DNA from: Cyanobacteriota bacterium
Lineage (GTDB): Bacteria; Cyanobacteriota; Cyanobacteriia; Cyanobacteriales; Nostocaceae
Assembly (NCBI GenBank): GCA_046045965.1
Contig: JBJOKS010000018.1
Span: forward strand, 56,297-120,296
DNA length: 64,000 nucleotides
Reading direction: 5' to 3'
Numbering within the stretch: the first letter of the stretch is position 1; each line of letters begins with the position of its first letter. This document shows positions 20,766 to 31,719 of the stretch, one piece after another. The translations under genes were made by a program, and so were the position numbers. Under the pieces are notes generated by a model. It searched no databases. It was not told the DNA's origin and was given only the letters and a program-made list of their open reading frames with translations.

Positions 20766-21341
20766 ATGCCGAAAATTGTGGATCATGAACAGTACCGCAA
20801 AGAATTACTCGGCAAGTGTTTTGACTTATTTGCCGAAAAAGGTTATGGCGCTATTACCATGCGGCAAATTGCTCAAGGTTTAGGGGTTTCCACGGGTACG
20901 CTATATCATTACTTCCCCAGTAAACAAGCTTTATTTGAGCAACTGGTAGAAGAAATTAGTCAGCAAGATGTGATTACAGCTTTAGCGGAGTTAGGAGGAA
21001 AAAACAACTTATCAGAAATGATGACTGCTTTGGGCAATTATCTCGTCAAAAATGAAGATTACTTAATTAAATGGACCTATGTCTGGGTTAATTTCTGCCA
21101 ACATCAAGACTCCAAAACTATGCTGACTAACAGTACAGTTTTTAAACACGCTAATCAACGTTGTCAACAAGTAGCCTGTGATTTATTAGGTATTCAAGAT
21201 GTGGTGTTAGCATCCTTTGTTTTGAGTTTTGTTAATGGTGTAATTCTCGAAAAATTATGGGGTAATGAAAACATTAATTTCCATGAACAATGCGAAATTT
21301 TGGGAAAAATGTTAACCGCATATTTTCAACAACAAAAATGA
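20766..21341 (+). CDS. TetR/AcrR family regulator
   Basis: LFAEKGY...MRQIA..LGVSTGTLYHYFPSK HTH. Confidence 0.95.
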   Translation: MPKIVDHEQYRKELLGKCFDLFAEKGYGAITMRQIAQGLGVSTGTLYHYFPSKQALFEQLVEEISQQDVITALAELGGKNNLSEMMTALGNYLVKNEDYLIKWTYVWVNFCQHQDSKTMLTNSTVFKHANQRCQQVACDLLGIQDVVLASFVLSFVNGVILEKLWGNENINFHEQCEILGKMLTAYFQQQK

Positions 21342-21370
21342 TATCTGATTGGGGAGTTTATAGGTAAAAA

Positions 21371-22660
21371 ATGAGTTTTAAAATGTTATTTAAACCTGCT
21401 AATCAAGGGGTAATTGCCTTAGTTTTTGCTGCTACTGCTATTACTGGTGGAATTACCATTTATGGAGTTTCTAATTTTGGAACAATTGGGAAAACAACCG
21501 CTTCCGAATTATCAGAAACATTACCAATTCCTAGTAAGGTAACAGCTTTAGGCAGACTAGAACCAGAAACCCAAGTAATTAAGCTATCTGCACCCTTAGC
21601 ATTAGATGGAGATAGGGTGACAAAAATCCTCTTTCAAGAAGGTGATACTGTGAAATCAGGACAAGTAATAGCAATTTTAGATTCACGGGATAAATTGCAA
21701 AATGCAGTCCAACAAGCCGAGAAAGATGTGAGAGTTTCTCAAGCCAAACTTGAGCAAATTAAAGCCGGAGCTAAATTAGGAGAAATTCAGGCACAAAAAG
21801 CCAGCGTAGACAGAATAAAAGCACAATATGAAGGAGATAAAAACGCCCAACAAGAAAATATTGCCAGGATAGAAGCACAATGGCAAGGTGATAGAATTGC
21901 CCAACAAGCAACCATTAATAAATTAACGGCAGAATTAAATAATGCAGAATCAGAATATCAACGTTATCAACAGTTATATTCAGAAGGAGCAATTTCTAAT
22001 TCTGTAATTGATAGTAAACGTTTAAATGTAGAAACTGCCAAACAACAATTAAGTGAAGCTCAAGCAATTCTTAACCGCATCAATACTACTGCAACTAAAC
22101 AATTAGCAGAAGCGAAAGTAGCATTAAATAGAATTAACACTACTAGCAATAAACAAATTAGTGAAGCCAAAGCTACACTTAACAGTATTGCCGAAGTTCG
22201 TCCTGTAGATGTGAACTTAGCACAAACAGAAGTAGAAAGTGCGATCGCTACCCTCAAACGCGCCCAAACTGACCTAGAAGCGGCTTTTATTCGCGCTCCC
22301 ATGAGGGGACAAATTCTCAAAATTCATACCCGTGTCGGCGAAAAAATTAATGATTCTGGTATTGCAGACTTCGCACAAACAGAACAAATGTTAGCCGTAG
22401 CAGAAGTTTATCAAACTGATATTAGCAAAGTCAAAATAGGACAAAAAGCCGTAATTACCAGTCCTGCATTTACAGGTGAACTGCGGGGAAAAGTTGCCCA
22501 AATTGGCTTACAAGTCAATCGTCAAAATGTGTTTAGTAACCAACCAGGAGAAAATTTAGATAGTCGAGTCGTTGAAGTTAAAATTCGTCTCACTCCTGAA
22601 GACAGTAAAAAAGTTGTCGGTTTAACTAACTTGCAAGTACAAACAGCAATTGAATTGTAA
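21371..22660 (+). CDS. DevB-family membrane fusion protein
   Basis: VTALGRLEP, long coiled coil, VAEVYQTDI, D.RVVEVKI. Confidence 0.92.
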   Translation: MSFKMLFKPANQGVIALVFAATAITGGITIYGVSNFGTIGKTTASELSETLPIPSKVTALGRLEPETQVIKLSAPLALDGDRVTKILFQEGDTVKSGQVIAILDSRDKLQNAVQQAEKDVRVSQAKLEQIKAGAKLGEIQAQKASVDRIKAQYEGDKNAQQENIARIEAQWQGDRIAQQATINKLTAELNNAESEYQRYQQLYSEGAISNSVIDSKRLNVETAKQQLSEAQAILNRINTTATKQLAEAKVALNRINTTSNKQISEAKATLNSIAEVRPVDVNLAQTEVESAIATLKRAQTDLEAAFIRAPMRGQILKIHTRVGEKINDSGIADFAQTEQMLAVAEVYQTDISKVKIGQKAVITSPAFTGELRGKVAQIGLQVNRQNVFSNQPGENLDSRVVEVKIRLTPEDSKKVVGLTNLQVQTAIEL

Positions 22661-22769
22661 TTGGTAATTGGTAATTGGTAATTGGTAATTGGTAATTGGT
22701 AATTGGGGAAAAGACAATATTTATTCTGACTCCTGACTCCTGAATTCTGACAATAAAATCTTTTCAATC

Positions 22770-23948
22770 ATGAATAAATTATTTCTGAAAACGCCTTTAG
22801 CCTTGCGACAGTTAATGAAAGAAAAAACGCGGTTAGCTGTTGCAGTTGCGGGGATTACTTTTGCGGATATGTTGATATTTATTCAGATGGGTTTTGAAAG
22901 TGCATTATTTGATGCTGCTACTCAACCTCATCGGAATTTATCAGCCGATTTAGTATTAATTAATCCTCAATTTCAAACTTTATTTTCAGTCAAAAGCTTT
23001 TCTAGAGAAAGACTGTATCAAGCATTAAGTTATAACGGTGTAAAATCCGTTAATTCTGTTTATATTGGTACAGGACAATGGCGAAATCCTGAAACGCGAG
23101 TTGATCGAGCTATTTTAGTTTGGGGTGTAGATCCAAATAAACCAGGATTGAAATTTCCCGAAGTGCAAAAAAATAAAGATCATCTTAAACTACTAAATCA
23201 AGTGATGTTTGATCAAGCTAGTCGTCCTGAATATGGTGCTGTAGGTAATATATTCAAAAAAACAGGCAATTTTTCCACAGAACTGAATAGCACATCTGTT
23301 AACGTCAAAGGAGTATTTAGTAATGGTGCTTCCTTTGCAGCTGATGGTAATGTTATTGCTAGTGATTCCACATTTCTGCAATTATTTCCTGAACGTAAAG
23401 CAGATCAAATTGAAGTTGGGTTAATTAATCTTCAACCTGATGCAGATATTGAAAAGGTAAAAGCACAACTGAGAAAAGGATTAAATTCAGATCCTAAAAA
23501 TCCTTTTGTGGAAGTAGGAATACCCGAAGACTTTGCTCAAAAAGAAAAGAATTATTGGGCTAATAGTACAGGAATTGGTTTTATTTTTGGTTTGGGTGTA
23601 GGAGTGGGTTTTATTGTTGGTATCGTTATTGTTTACCAAATTCTTTATGCTGACGTTTCCGATCACCTCCCGGAATACGCTACTCTCAAAGCAATGGGTT
23701 ATACAGACACTTATCTTTTAGGAGTATTAGTACAAGAGGCTTTAATCTTAGCTATTTTAGGTTATTTACCTGCATTTTTTCTGTCTTTTGGACTATATAA
23801 ACTAACTTTTGCAGCTACTTTGTTACCCATTTACATGAAAGTAGATCGAGCAATTACCGTGTTTATTATGACCGTAATTATGTGTAGTGTTTCTGGGGCG
23901 ATCGCTCTGAGAAAATTGCGTTCTGCTGACCCAGCAGACATTTTTTAA
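22770..23948 (+). CDS. DevC-family ABC permease
   Basis: AGITFAD.LIF.Q.GF, YQILY.DV.DHLPEYATLKAMGY, ADPADIF. Confidence 0.93.
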   Translation: MNKLFLKTPLALRQLMKEKTRLAVAVAGITFADMLIFIQMGFESALFDAATQPHRNLSADLVLINPQFQTLFSVKSFSRERLYQALSYNGVKSVNSVYIGTGQWRNPETRVDRAILVWGVDPNKPGLKFPEVQKNKDHLKLLNQVMFDQASRPEYGAVGNIFKKTGNFSTELNSTSVNVKGVFSNGASFAADGNVIASDSTFLQLFPERKADQIEVGLINLQPDADIEKVKAQLRKGLNSDPKNPFVEVGIPEDFAQKEKNYWANSTGIGFIFGLGVGVGFIVGIVIVYQILYADVSDHLPEYATLKAMGYTDTYLLGVLVQEALILAILGYLPAFFLSFGLYKLTFAATLLPIYMKVDRAITVFIMTVIMCSVSGAIALRKLRSADPADIF

Positions 23949-24050
23949 GGAGTCAGGAGTCAGGAGTCAGAATATCTGAGCAATTAACAGAGTTGAGAAT
24001 AACGAAATTATACATTTCAGGAAAGTTACAATTACCCTCACAAAAAAACC

Positions 24051-24755
24051 ATGTTAGAAATTCATTCTCAATCAAATATTGCTTCAGATACCGTAATTAA
24101 TGTTTCTCAACTTAATCATTACTTTGGTGAAGGGACATTGAAAAAACAAGTATTATTTGATATTAATTTAGAGATTAAAGCCGGAGAAATTGTGATCATG
24201 ACAGGCCCATCTGGTTCAGGTAAAACCACCCTGTTATCATTAATGGGAGGTTTGCGTTCTGCTCAAACAGGAAGTTTACAAATATTAGATCAAGAAATGC
24301 GTGGAGCGAGTAAAGGAAAATTAACTAAATTGCGTCGTCAGATAGGTTATATTTTCCAAGCACATAACTTGATGACCTTTTTAACAGCCAAAGAAAATGT
24401 GAGAATGTCTTTAGAGTTGCATGAAGAATATTTAAATCAAGATATCAACACCAAAGCTATAGCAATGTTAGCAGAAGTTGGTTTAGGAGATCGTGTTGAT
24501 TATTATCCAGAGAATTTATCAGGAGGACAAAAACAACGGGTAGCGATCGCCCGCGCTTTAGTTAGTCATCCCAAAATAGTATTAGCAGACGAACCCACCG
24601 CTTCATTAGATAAACAATCAGGGCGTGATGTGGTAGAATTAATGCAAAAATTAGCCAAAGAACAAGGTTGTACAATTTTGCTCGTCACCCACGATAACCG
24701 CATTTTAGATATAGCTGATCGCATCATTTATATGGAAGATGGACAGCTAAAATAA
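24051..24755 (+). CDS. DevA-family ABC ATPase
   Basis: GPSGSGKT, LSGGQKQR, LADEPT, VTHD. Confidence 0.94.
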   Translation: MLEIHSQSNIASDTVINVSQLNHYFGEGTLKKQVLFDINLEIKAGEIVIMTGPSGSGKTTLLSLMGGLRSAQTGSLQILDQEMRGASKGKLTKLRRQIGYIFQAHNLMTFLTAKENVRMSLELHEEYLNQDINTKAIAMLAEVGLGDRVDYYPENLSGGQKQRVAIARALVSHPKIVLADEPTASLDKQSGRDVVELMQKLAKEQGCTILLVTHDNRILDIADRIIYMEDGQLK

Positions 24756-24985
24756 AAGTTATAGTGTAAACAAATTAGATATCCGAATTTTTTTATCTTG
24801 TAAATAAATTATGAATTGATCTCACTCGATTTTAGATTTTAGATTTTGGATTTTAGATTTACCCCACAGAAGTTTGAAGGGCTTTTTTGTACTTGCTTCG
24901 GTTTTGTCGAACCGACTTACTTCATTTATTTTCTGGAGTTCCTTTCAGGAAGGATCGGTCAAAGTACATTAACATTTATTAAAAT

Positions 24986-25051
24986 AAAGAAAAATTAAAG
25001 AAAAATTAAAGAAAAATTAAAGAAAAATTAAAGAAAAATTAAAGAAAAATT
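24986..25051. repeat. 11-bp tandem repeat AAAGAAAAATT x6
   Basis: Six perfect units about 100 bp upstream of the large kinase gene. Confidence 0.92.
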
Positions 25052-25152
25052 CATCCTCCTATATCCTACAACCCCTCCCATTATTTGTGATAGATTAGAA
25101 AGATCATCTGCTAAATATATACTTGACTACGTACAATTACTGACGAGGTTCT

Positions 25153-28100
25153 ATGGCAATCTCCCATTACTCAATTATGATTCTGGAAGATTCGCCAGAA
25201 GACAGGGTGCTGTATTCCCGTTATTTAAGTCAGGATAAGATTGCCAGCTATGATTTGATTGAAGTGGAGACAGGATTAGAAGCATTGACAAAACTGGCTG
25301 AAAGCAAGCCAGATTTAATACTTTTAGGCTATCAACTGCCAGATATGGATGGATTGGAATTTCTGAACAAGTTGCAGCTACAATTTGGCAGCCTGGAAAT
25401 TCCAGTAATTATGTTATCAGGGCAGGGGAATGAAAGCATAGCTGTTCAAGCCATGAAAAATGGTTGCCAGGACTATATAGTCAAAAGCAAAATTACCCGT
25501 ACTGGAATCTGCCGCGCTGTTCATACCGTACTAGATAAAACCCATCTGATGCAGAAAATACGATTGCAGGAGCAACAACAACAGTTGCTGGCCAGTATAT
25601 CACTGCGAATTCGTCAGTTTTTGCGTTTAGAGGAAATTCTGCAAACAGCCGTGGAAGAGGTACAGGAATTTCTGAAAACTGATCGGGTAGTAGTATACCA
25701 GTTTGACCCTGATATGAATGGTAAAATTGTTGCTGAATCAGTAGTTTCACCCTGGAAAACTTTGATCAAAACTCCTATTACAGATAATTGCTTTCAGGAC
25801 AATCAAAAAATAGCCTATCGTGATGGCAAAATCCTCGCAATTTCTGACATCGATCATGCTGGACTAACAACCTGCTATATCGACTTTCTGGAGAAATTTC
25901 AGGTTAAAGCTAGTCTTATTGTCCCAATTTTGCTCAACGCACAAGCAACAGAGCCAGAATTCAATACCCATCAACTTTGGGGCTTACTTATTGCTCACCA
26001 GTGCAGCAGAACTCGTCACTGGGAGACAAATGAACTGGATCTACTCCAGCAACTTTCTGTGCAGATAGCTGTTGCTATCCAACAGGCAAAAATTTATGAA
26101 AATATGCAAAATCTCAACGCCATTTTAGAGCAGAAAGTAGAAGAAAGAACACAAGAACTGCAAGCGAGTGAGCGCAGATTTCGGGCTATTTTCGATCAGA
26201 CCTTTCAATTTACGGGACTGCTGACAACCGCAGGAATTTTACTGGAAGCCAACCAAACAGCTTTAAACTTTGGTGGAGTACAATTAGAAAATGTGATCAA
26301 TCGACCTTTCTGGGAAACTTATTGGTGGACAATTTCCCCAGAAACTCAGGACAAATTAAGACAAGCGATCGCCATTGCAGCCCAAGGTGAGTTTATTCGC
26401 TACGAAGTAGATGTATTGGGTGCTGGAGGTGAAATAGCCACCATCGACTTTTCTCTTTGTCCCCTCAAAGATGAATCAGGACAAGTAGTAATGCTGATTA
26501 CAGAGGGGCGAAATATTACTGAGCAAAAGTGCCTTGAACGTGAACGCCAAGAGGCGCTAAAAGCCCTACAAGCCTCAGAGGCTGAATTGCGGGGGTTGTT
26601 TAATGCCATGAGCGATGTCATTCTCGTGGCAGATAGAGAAGGACGTTATCTGAAAATTGCTCCCACCGGTGCAGATAAACTTTACCGACCTGCGGAAGAA
26701 TTGCTCGGTAAAACAGCCCATGAAGTTTTACCCAGTCATCTAGCAGACCAATTTGTAAGCGTGATTGAGCAAACTCTAGCTACACAACAACCCTCAGAAT
26801 GCGAGTATAGCTTCCAGATCGGGAAAAAAGAAATTTGGTTTAATGCCAAAGTTTCACCAATTTCACCAGAAACGGTCATTTGGGCAGCACGAGACATCAC
26901 GGCAGCCAAACGCAACGAAATCATCCAGCGAAATGCAGAAAAAGCATTACAAGAAAACCAAATTCTCTTGCAGCTGATCATGGATAGTCTACCTATGGCC
27001 ATCTTTTGGAAAGATAGAAACAGCCGATTTTTGGGCTGCAACCGTCAACTAGTTTTAGATGCAGGACTATCATCTGCCGCAGAAATTATTGGCAAAACAG
27101 ACTTTGATATGGTCTGGCGAAAACAAGCACCAATTTATCAACAAGGCGATCGCATCGTCATCGAGTCTGGTGAGGCTAAGTTTAATATCGAAGAACCATT
27201 TACAAGAAGTGGCAACATTCACAGGTGGTTACGCACTAACAAAATACCACTGCATAACCCTGAAGGTGAGATTTTTGGCGTTTTGGTCTGCTATGAAGAT
27301 ATTACAGAACGCAAAGAGATTGAACAGGCATTACAGGCAAGTGAACAACGCTATGCAACTTTAGTAACATCAGCCCCTGTTGGTATTTATCGCGCCGATG
27401 CGGTAGGAAATTATTTGTATGTTAACCATCATTGGTGTGAGAAAACTGGCTTGACTCCTGAAGCAGCGGCCGGGTGCGGATGGAAACAAGCTTTGCACCC
27501 AGAAGACCGAGATATAGTTGCCTACGAATGGGATCGCCTTGTGCAAACAGGTGAAACCCTTAGTTTAGAATATCGGTTTGTGCGACCAGATGGCGTGGCC
27601 ACCTGGGTATTTGGACAAGCCGTTCCTGAAAAAGACCCAGAAGGAACCGTGACAGGTTATGTAGGAACAATTACAGATATTAGTCGTAGGAAAAAAGCAG
27701 AAGAAGCCTTGTGTCGCAGTCAACAGCTTTATAGCACCCTGGTAGAAAACTTTCCTAATGGTGTGGTTGTACTGTTTGACCATGACCTGCGATACCTGCT
27801 GGTAGGAGGCTTAGAACTCTCTCGTGCAGGTTTGAATAAAGCAGAGATGGAAGGTAAAACGATTTGGGAAATCTTTTCCCCAGAAGTATGTCAGATCATT
27901 GCCCCTCTGTTTAGGCAAGCATTAGCTGGAGAAACTGTAATTTCTGAGGTTCCTTATGAAGATTTTATCTACCTTTGTCATCATATTCCTGTGCGAGATG
28001 AGCAAGGTCATGTGATTGCAGGTATTCTCATGACCCAAAATATTACCGAAGACAAAAAAATAGAGAATGCACTAAGAGATAGTGAAGAGAAATTTCGACA

Positions 28101-31100
28101 GTTTGCAGAAAACAGTCGGCAAGTCATGTTAATTCGTCAGATTGACTCTGGAGAATTACTTTATATCAATCCTGTCTATGAGGAAATCTGGGGACAAACC
28201 AGAGAAAGCTTGTATGAAAATCCTAACTCCTGGATGAATTTTCTGCACCCTGATGATCGTCAGAGTATTAATGTTAGCTATCAAGCCGCTGATGGCAAGG
28301 GATTATTTAGTGAAGAGTACCGCATTGTTCGATCTGATGGAACGATGCGGTGGATATGGGGAAGATGTTTCCCCATCATCAATGCTGCTGGGGAAATTTA
28401 TCGTATTGGTGCTATAGCCGAAGATATTACAGAACGCAAACAAACAGAACAGGAGCGCGATCGCTTACTGCAAATTTTAGAGACACAAAATCAGACTTTA
28501 GAAGCACAAGTTGAGCAAAGAACAGCAGAACTACAACAAAGCAAAGAACGCTTCCGTAATCTTGTAGAAACATCCAGTGATTGGGTGTGGGAAGTTAATG
28601 AATTGGGGATTTACACCTATAGCAGTCCGCAAATCATCAATGTTTTGGGATATTCCCCAGCGGAAATTTTAGGTAAAACTCCCTTTGATTTAATGCCACC
28701 AGCAGAAGCGGAACGAGTATTGAAAGAGTTTATGAAATTCATTTCTATTCAAGCACCCTTTCAATGCTTAGAAAATACAAACTGCCATAAAGATGGACAA
28801 CTGATTATTTTAGAAACCAGCGCAGTTCCCATTTTTGATGAGAATAAACAATTTCGTGGCTATCGTGGCATGGATCGGGATATCACTTTACGTAAACTCT
28901 CAGAAGCCACGTTACAGCAAAATCAATCCCGGTTTCAGAGAATAGCAGCCAATGTTCCCGGTGTCATGTATCAATATGTTCTCCATCCTGATGGATCTCA
29001 TGAATTTATATATATTAGCGATCGCTGTCTAGAACTGTATGAACTAGAAGCAGCCACCATTTTAGAAAATGCCGAGAATGTATTTAAGTTAACACATCCA
29101 GAAGATTTCCCCTCTTTACAGGAATCTATCATCCTGTCAGCCTCATCCTTACAACAATGGTCATGGGAAGGCCGAGTCATTACCCCATCAGGTCAGATGA
29201 AATGGATACAGGCTATTTCTCAACCACAACAGCAAGCCAACGGTGATATTTTATGGGAGGGATTAATTCTCGATATCAGCCAACGTAAACAGATTGAAAT
29301 TACACTCCATAACCTATCAGACCGATTGGATCTAGCGATCAAATCTGCTCAAATTGGTATTTGGGACTGGGATATCATCAACGATCATCTTGTCTGGGAT
29401 GACCGCATGTATGCACTCTATGGAGTCAAAGCCTCAGACTTTCCAGGTGCTTACCAAGCATGGGAAGCAGGTTTACATCCCGACGATCTTCTATCTGGCC
29501 GCACCGCTATCCAGCAAACACTAGCCGGAGAAAAAGATTTTGAGCTAGAGTTTAGAGTTGTCTGGCCTGATGGCACAATCAAATATATCAAAGCCTACGC
29601 ACTCGTACAGCGTGACGACCAGGGAAAAGCGCAACGGATGATCGGCATTAACTTTGATATTAGCGAAAGGGCGCGACTAGAAGCCGAACGCCAACAATCA
29701 AAAGCCAAGTTAGAAGCAGCAGAAGTACAACTCCGCAACCTCTCAGATCGCCTGAAATTAGCAGTAACATCGGCAAAAATAGGGATTTGGGATTTAGATT
29801 TAGTCAACGACTCCCTGCTTTGGGATGAACGGATGTATCAACTCTTTGGTGTCTCTCCTGTGAGTTTTGACCCCAGTCAGGGAGCTTGGGAAAAATTTGA
29901 ACAGCTGCTCCATCCCGATGATAGAGTTACTGTCCGCCAGACAGTCCAACAAGTCATTGCTGAAGATCAAGAACTAGATACCGAATTCAGAATTATCTTG
30001 CCTAATGGCACAATTCGCATCCTCAAAGCCTATGGACTCGTTCAGCGTAATTACCAAGGGAAACCCCAACGGATGATCGGCATAAACTACGATATCAGCG
30101 ATCGCAAACTAGCAGAAGCTGAGATTATCCGTAGTCGGGATTTGCGAGAAGCAATATTTAATGAATCAGCTGATGCCCTATTCTTAGTTGATAGAGAAAC
30201 CGTCAGAACTATAGACTGTAACCAACGGGCAGTGCAGATGTTTGCAGCTACCAAAAAAACTGACCTGATTGGAATTGAAGGACATGATTTACAAAAAGAG
30301 CAATTCACCCCCGCAGAAATGCAAGCCATTATGGATGAAATGAGTATCCAAGGCTTTTGGAGTCGGGAAATTGAATACAAAACCTTTACAGGTAAATCAT
30401 TTTGGGGAAACCTAGCCGCCAAGCAAATTACCGTAGCCGATCAGAAAATGAATCTGGTGCGGGTGACAGATATTAGTAAACGTAAATTAGCAGAAACCGA
30501 ACTGCAAGAAACAAATAAAAAACTTGCTGCTTCCAATGAAGAACTCGCCCGCGCTACCCGTCTTAAAGATGAGTTTCTAGCTAACATGAGTCATGAACTA
30601 CGCACCCCCCTCAATGCTATTCTCGGTTTATCAGAAGGCTTACAAGACGAGGTATTTGGGTTAATCAATGACAAACAAAGACAGGGTTTGCAAACCATCG
30701 AGCGCAGCGGCAAGCATCTATTAGAATTAATTAACGACATCCTGGATGTATCAAAAATTGAAGCTGGGCAGATGGAATTACACTATACTCCCACAGCTAT
30801 CAGTCCGCTTTGTCAATCTAGTTTGGCATTTATCAAACAGCAAGCATTACAAAAACGTATCCAGCTGCAAGTAAAAATTCAGCCCAATCTGCCAGAATTG
30901 TTACTGGATGAAAGACGCATCCGTCAGGTTTTGATTAACTTGCTGAATAATGCTGTAAAATTCACACCAGAAGGCGGGCGGATCACCTTAGAAGTTAGCC
31001 GCCAACGAACGTCCCCAAATGCAGAGATCACATCCTGGCAAGATTTTATTCGTATTGCAGTGATGGATACAGGTATCGGTATCGCTCCTGAAAATCTCAA

Positions 31101-31719
31101 CAAACTTTTTCAGCCCTTCATCCAAATAGATAGTGCCTTAAACCGCCAATATACTGGCACTGGTTTGGGGCTGGCTCTTGTGAAGCGGCTTGTAGAAATA
31201 CATAATGGTAAGGTGGGGGTAAGGAGTCAACTCGGTGTAGGTAGTTGTTTTACCGTTGATTTACCCTTTGGCAATTTTGAGGGGGCCACCCCTGAGTCTG
31301 TAAACCACGCACCATCTGATTTAGACTGCATTTTCCAGGAAACAGCACAGGAATCTCCCCTAATTTTACTAGCTGAAGATAATGAAGCTAATATTTTTAC
31401 TATCTCTAACTATTTAGAGGCCACAGGATACCGCCTCATCTTGGCGAAAAACGGTAAAGAAGCAGTTAATATGAGCCAATCTCAAATTCCCGACTTAATT
31501 TTAATGGACGTGCAAATGCCAGAAGTAGACGGTTTAGAGGCAATTAAGCAGATTCGATTAAACCCAAAATTGGCAAATACTCCCATTATTGCCCTAACAG
31601 CTTTAGCTATGCCAGATGATCAGGAAAAATGTTTGGCAGTTGGAGCTAACGAATATCTGACAAAACCTGTTAGACTCAAGCAATTGGTAACTATGATCAA
31701 ACAGTTTTTACGCCGTTGA
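25153..31719 (+). CDS. Hybrid sensor kinase: pseudo-REC - cyanobacteriochrome-type GAF - about 11 PAS/PAC - HisKA - HATPase - REC
   Basis: GAF with DRVVVY, AESV, DNCF, TCY, LWGLLIAHQC; eleven PAS units ending in D/N-I-T/S-x-x-K/R-type linkers; ANMSHELRTPL; NLLNNAVKF; LMDVQMP. Confidence 0.93.
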   Translation: MAISHYSIMILEDSPEDRVLYSRYLSQDKIASYDLIEVETGLEALTKLAESKPDLILLGYQLPDMDGLEFLNKLQLQFGSLEIPVIMLSGQGNESIAVQAMKNGCQDYIVKSKITRTGICRAVHTVLDKTHLMQKIRLQEQQQQLLASISLRIRQFLRLEEILQTAVEEVQEFLKTDRVVVYQFDPDMNGKIVAESVVSPWKTLIKTPITDNCFQDNQKIAYRDGKILAISDIDHAGLTTCYIDFLEKFQVKASLIVPILLNAQATEPEFNTHQLWGLLIAHQCSRTRHWETNELDLLQQLSVQIAVAIQQAKIYENMQNLNAILEQKVEERTQELQASERRFRAIFDQTFQFTGLLTTAGILLEANQTALNFGGVQLENVINRPFWETYWWTISPETQDKLRQAIAIAAQGEFIRYEVDVLGAGGEIATIDFSLCPLKDESGQVVMLITEGRNITEQKCLERERQEALKALQASEAELRGLFNAMSDVILVADREGRYLKIAPTGADKLYRPAEELLGKTAHEVLPSHLADQFVSVIEQTLATQQPSECEYSFQIGKKEIWFNAKVSPISPETVIWAARDITAAKRNEIIQRNAEKALQENQILLQLIMDSLPMAIFWKDRNSRFLGCNRQLVLDAGLSSAAEIIGKTDFDMVWRKQAPIYQQGDRIVIESGEAKFNIEEPFTRSGNIHRWLRTNKIPLHNPEGEIFGVLVCYEDITERKEIEQALQASEQRYATLVTSAPVGIYRADAVGNYLYVNHHWCEKTGLTPEAAAGCGWKQALHPEDRDIVAYEWDRLVQTGETLSLEYRFVRPDGVATWVFGQAVPEKDPEGTVTGYVGTITDISRRKKAEEALCRSQQLYSTLVENFPNGVVVLFDHDLRYLLVGGLELSRAGLNKAEMEGKTIWEIFSPEVCQIIAPLFRQALAGETVISEVPYEDFIYLCHHIPVRDEQGHVIAGILMTQNITEDKKIENALRDSEEKFRQFAENSRQVMLIRQIDSGELLYINPVYEEIWGQTRESLYENPNSWMNFLHPDDRQSINVSYQAADGKGLFSEEYRIVRSDGTMRWIWGRCFPIINAAGEIYRIGAIAEDITERKQTEQERDRLLQILETQNQTLEAQVEQRTAELQQSKERFRNLVETSSDWVWEVNELGIYTYSSPQIINVLGYSPAEILGKTPFDLMPPAEAERVLKEFMKFISIQAPFQCLENTNCHKDGQLIILETSAVPIFDENKQFRGYRGMDRDITLRKLSEATLQQNQSRFQRIAANVPGVMYQYVLHPDGSHEFIYISDRCLELYELEAATILENAENVFKLTHPEDFPSLQESIILSASSLQQWSWEGRVITPSGQMKWIQAISQPQQQANGDILWEGLILDISQRKQIEITLHNLSDRLDLAIKSAQIGIWDWDIINDHLVWDDRMYALYGVKASDFPGAYQAWEAGLHPDDLLSGRTAIQQTLAGEKDFELEFRVVWPDGTIKYIKAYALVQRDDQGKAQRMIGINFDISERARLEAERQQSKAKLEAAEVQLRNLSDRLKLAVTSAKIGIWDLDLVNDSLLWDERMYQLFGVSPVSFDPSQGAWEKFEQLLHPDDRVTVRQTVQQVIAEDQELDTEFRIILPNGTIRILKAYGLVQRNYQGKPQRMIGINYDISDRKLAEAEIIRSRDLREAIFNESADALFLVDRETVRTIDCNQRAVQMFAATKKTDLIGIEGHDLQKEQFTPAEMQAIMDEMSIQGFWSREIEYKTFTGKSFWGNLAAKQITVADQKMNLVRVTDISKRKLAETELQETNKKLAASNEELARATRLKDEFLANMSHELRTPLNAILGLSEGLQDEVFGLINDKQRQGLQTIERSGKHLLELINDILDVSKIEAGQMELHYTPTAISPLCQSSLAFIKQQALQKRIQLQVKIQPNLPELLLDERRIRQVLINLLNNAVKFTPEGGRITLEVSRQRTSPNAEITSWQDFIRIAVMDTGIGIAPENLNKLFQPFIQIDSALNRQYTGTGLGLALVKRLVEIHNGKVGVRSQLGVGSCFTVDLPFGNFEGATPESVNHAPSDLDCIFQETAQESPLILLAEDNEANIFTISNYLEATGYRLILAKNGKEAVNMSQSQIPDLILMDVQMPEVDGLEAIKQIRLNPKLANTPIIALTALAMPDDQEKCLAVGANEYLTKPVRLKQLVTMIKQFLRR

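Noticed and set aside
22522..22767. ORF with a YQLPITN repeat
   Set aside because: Translation of STRR arrays, partly antisense to devB
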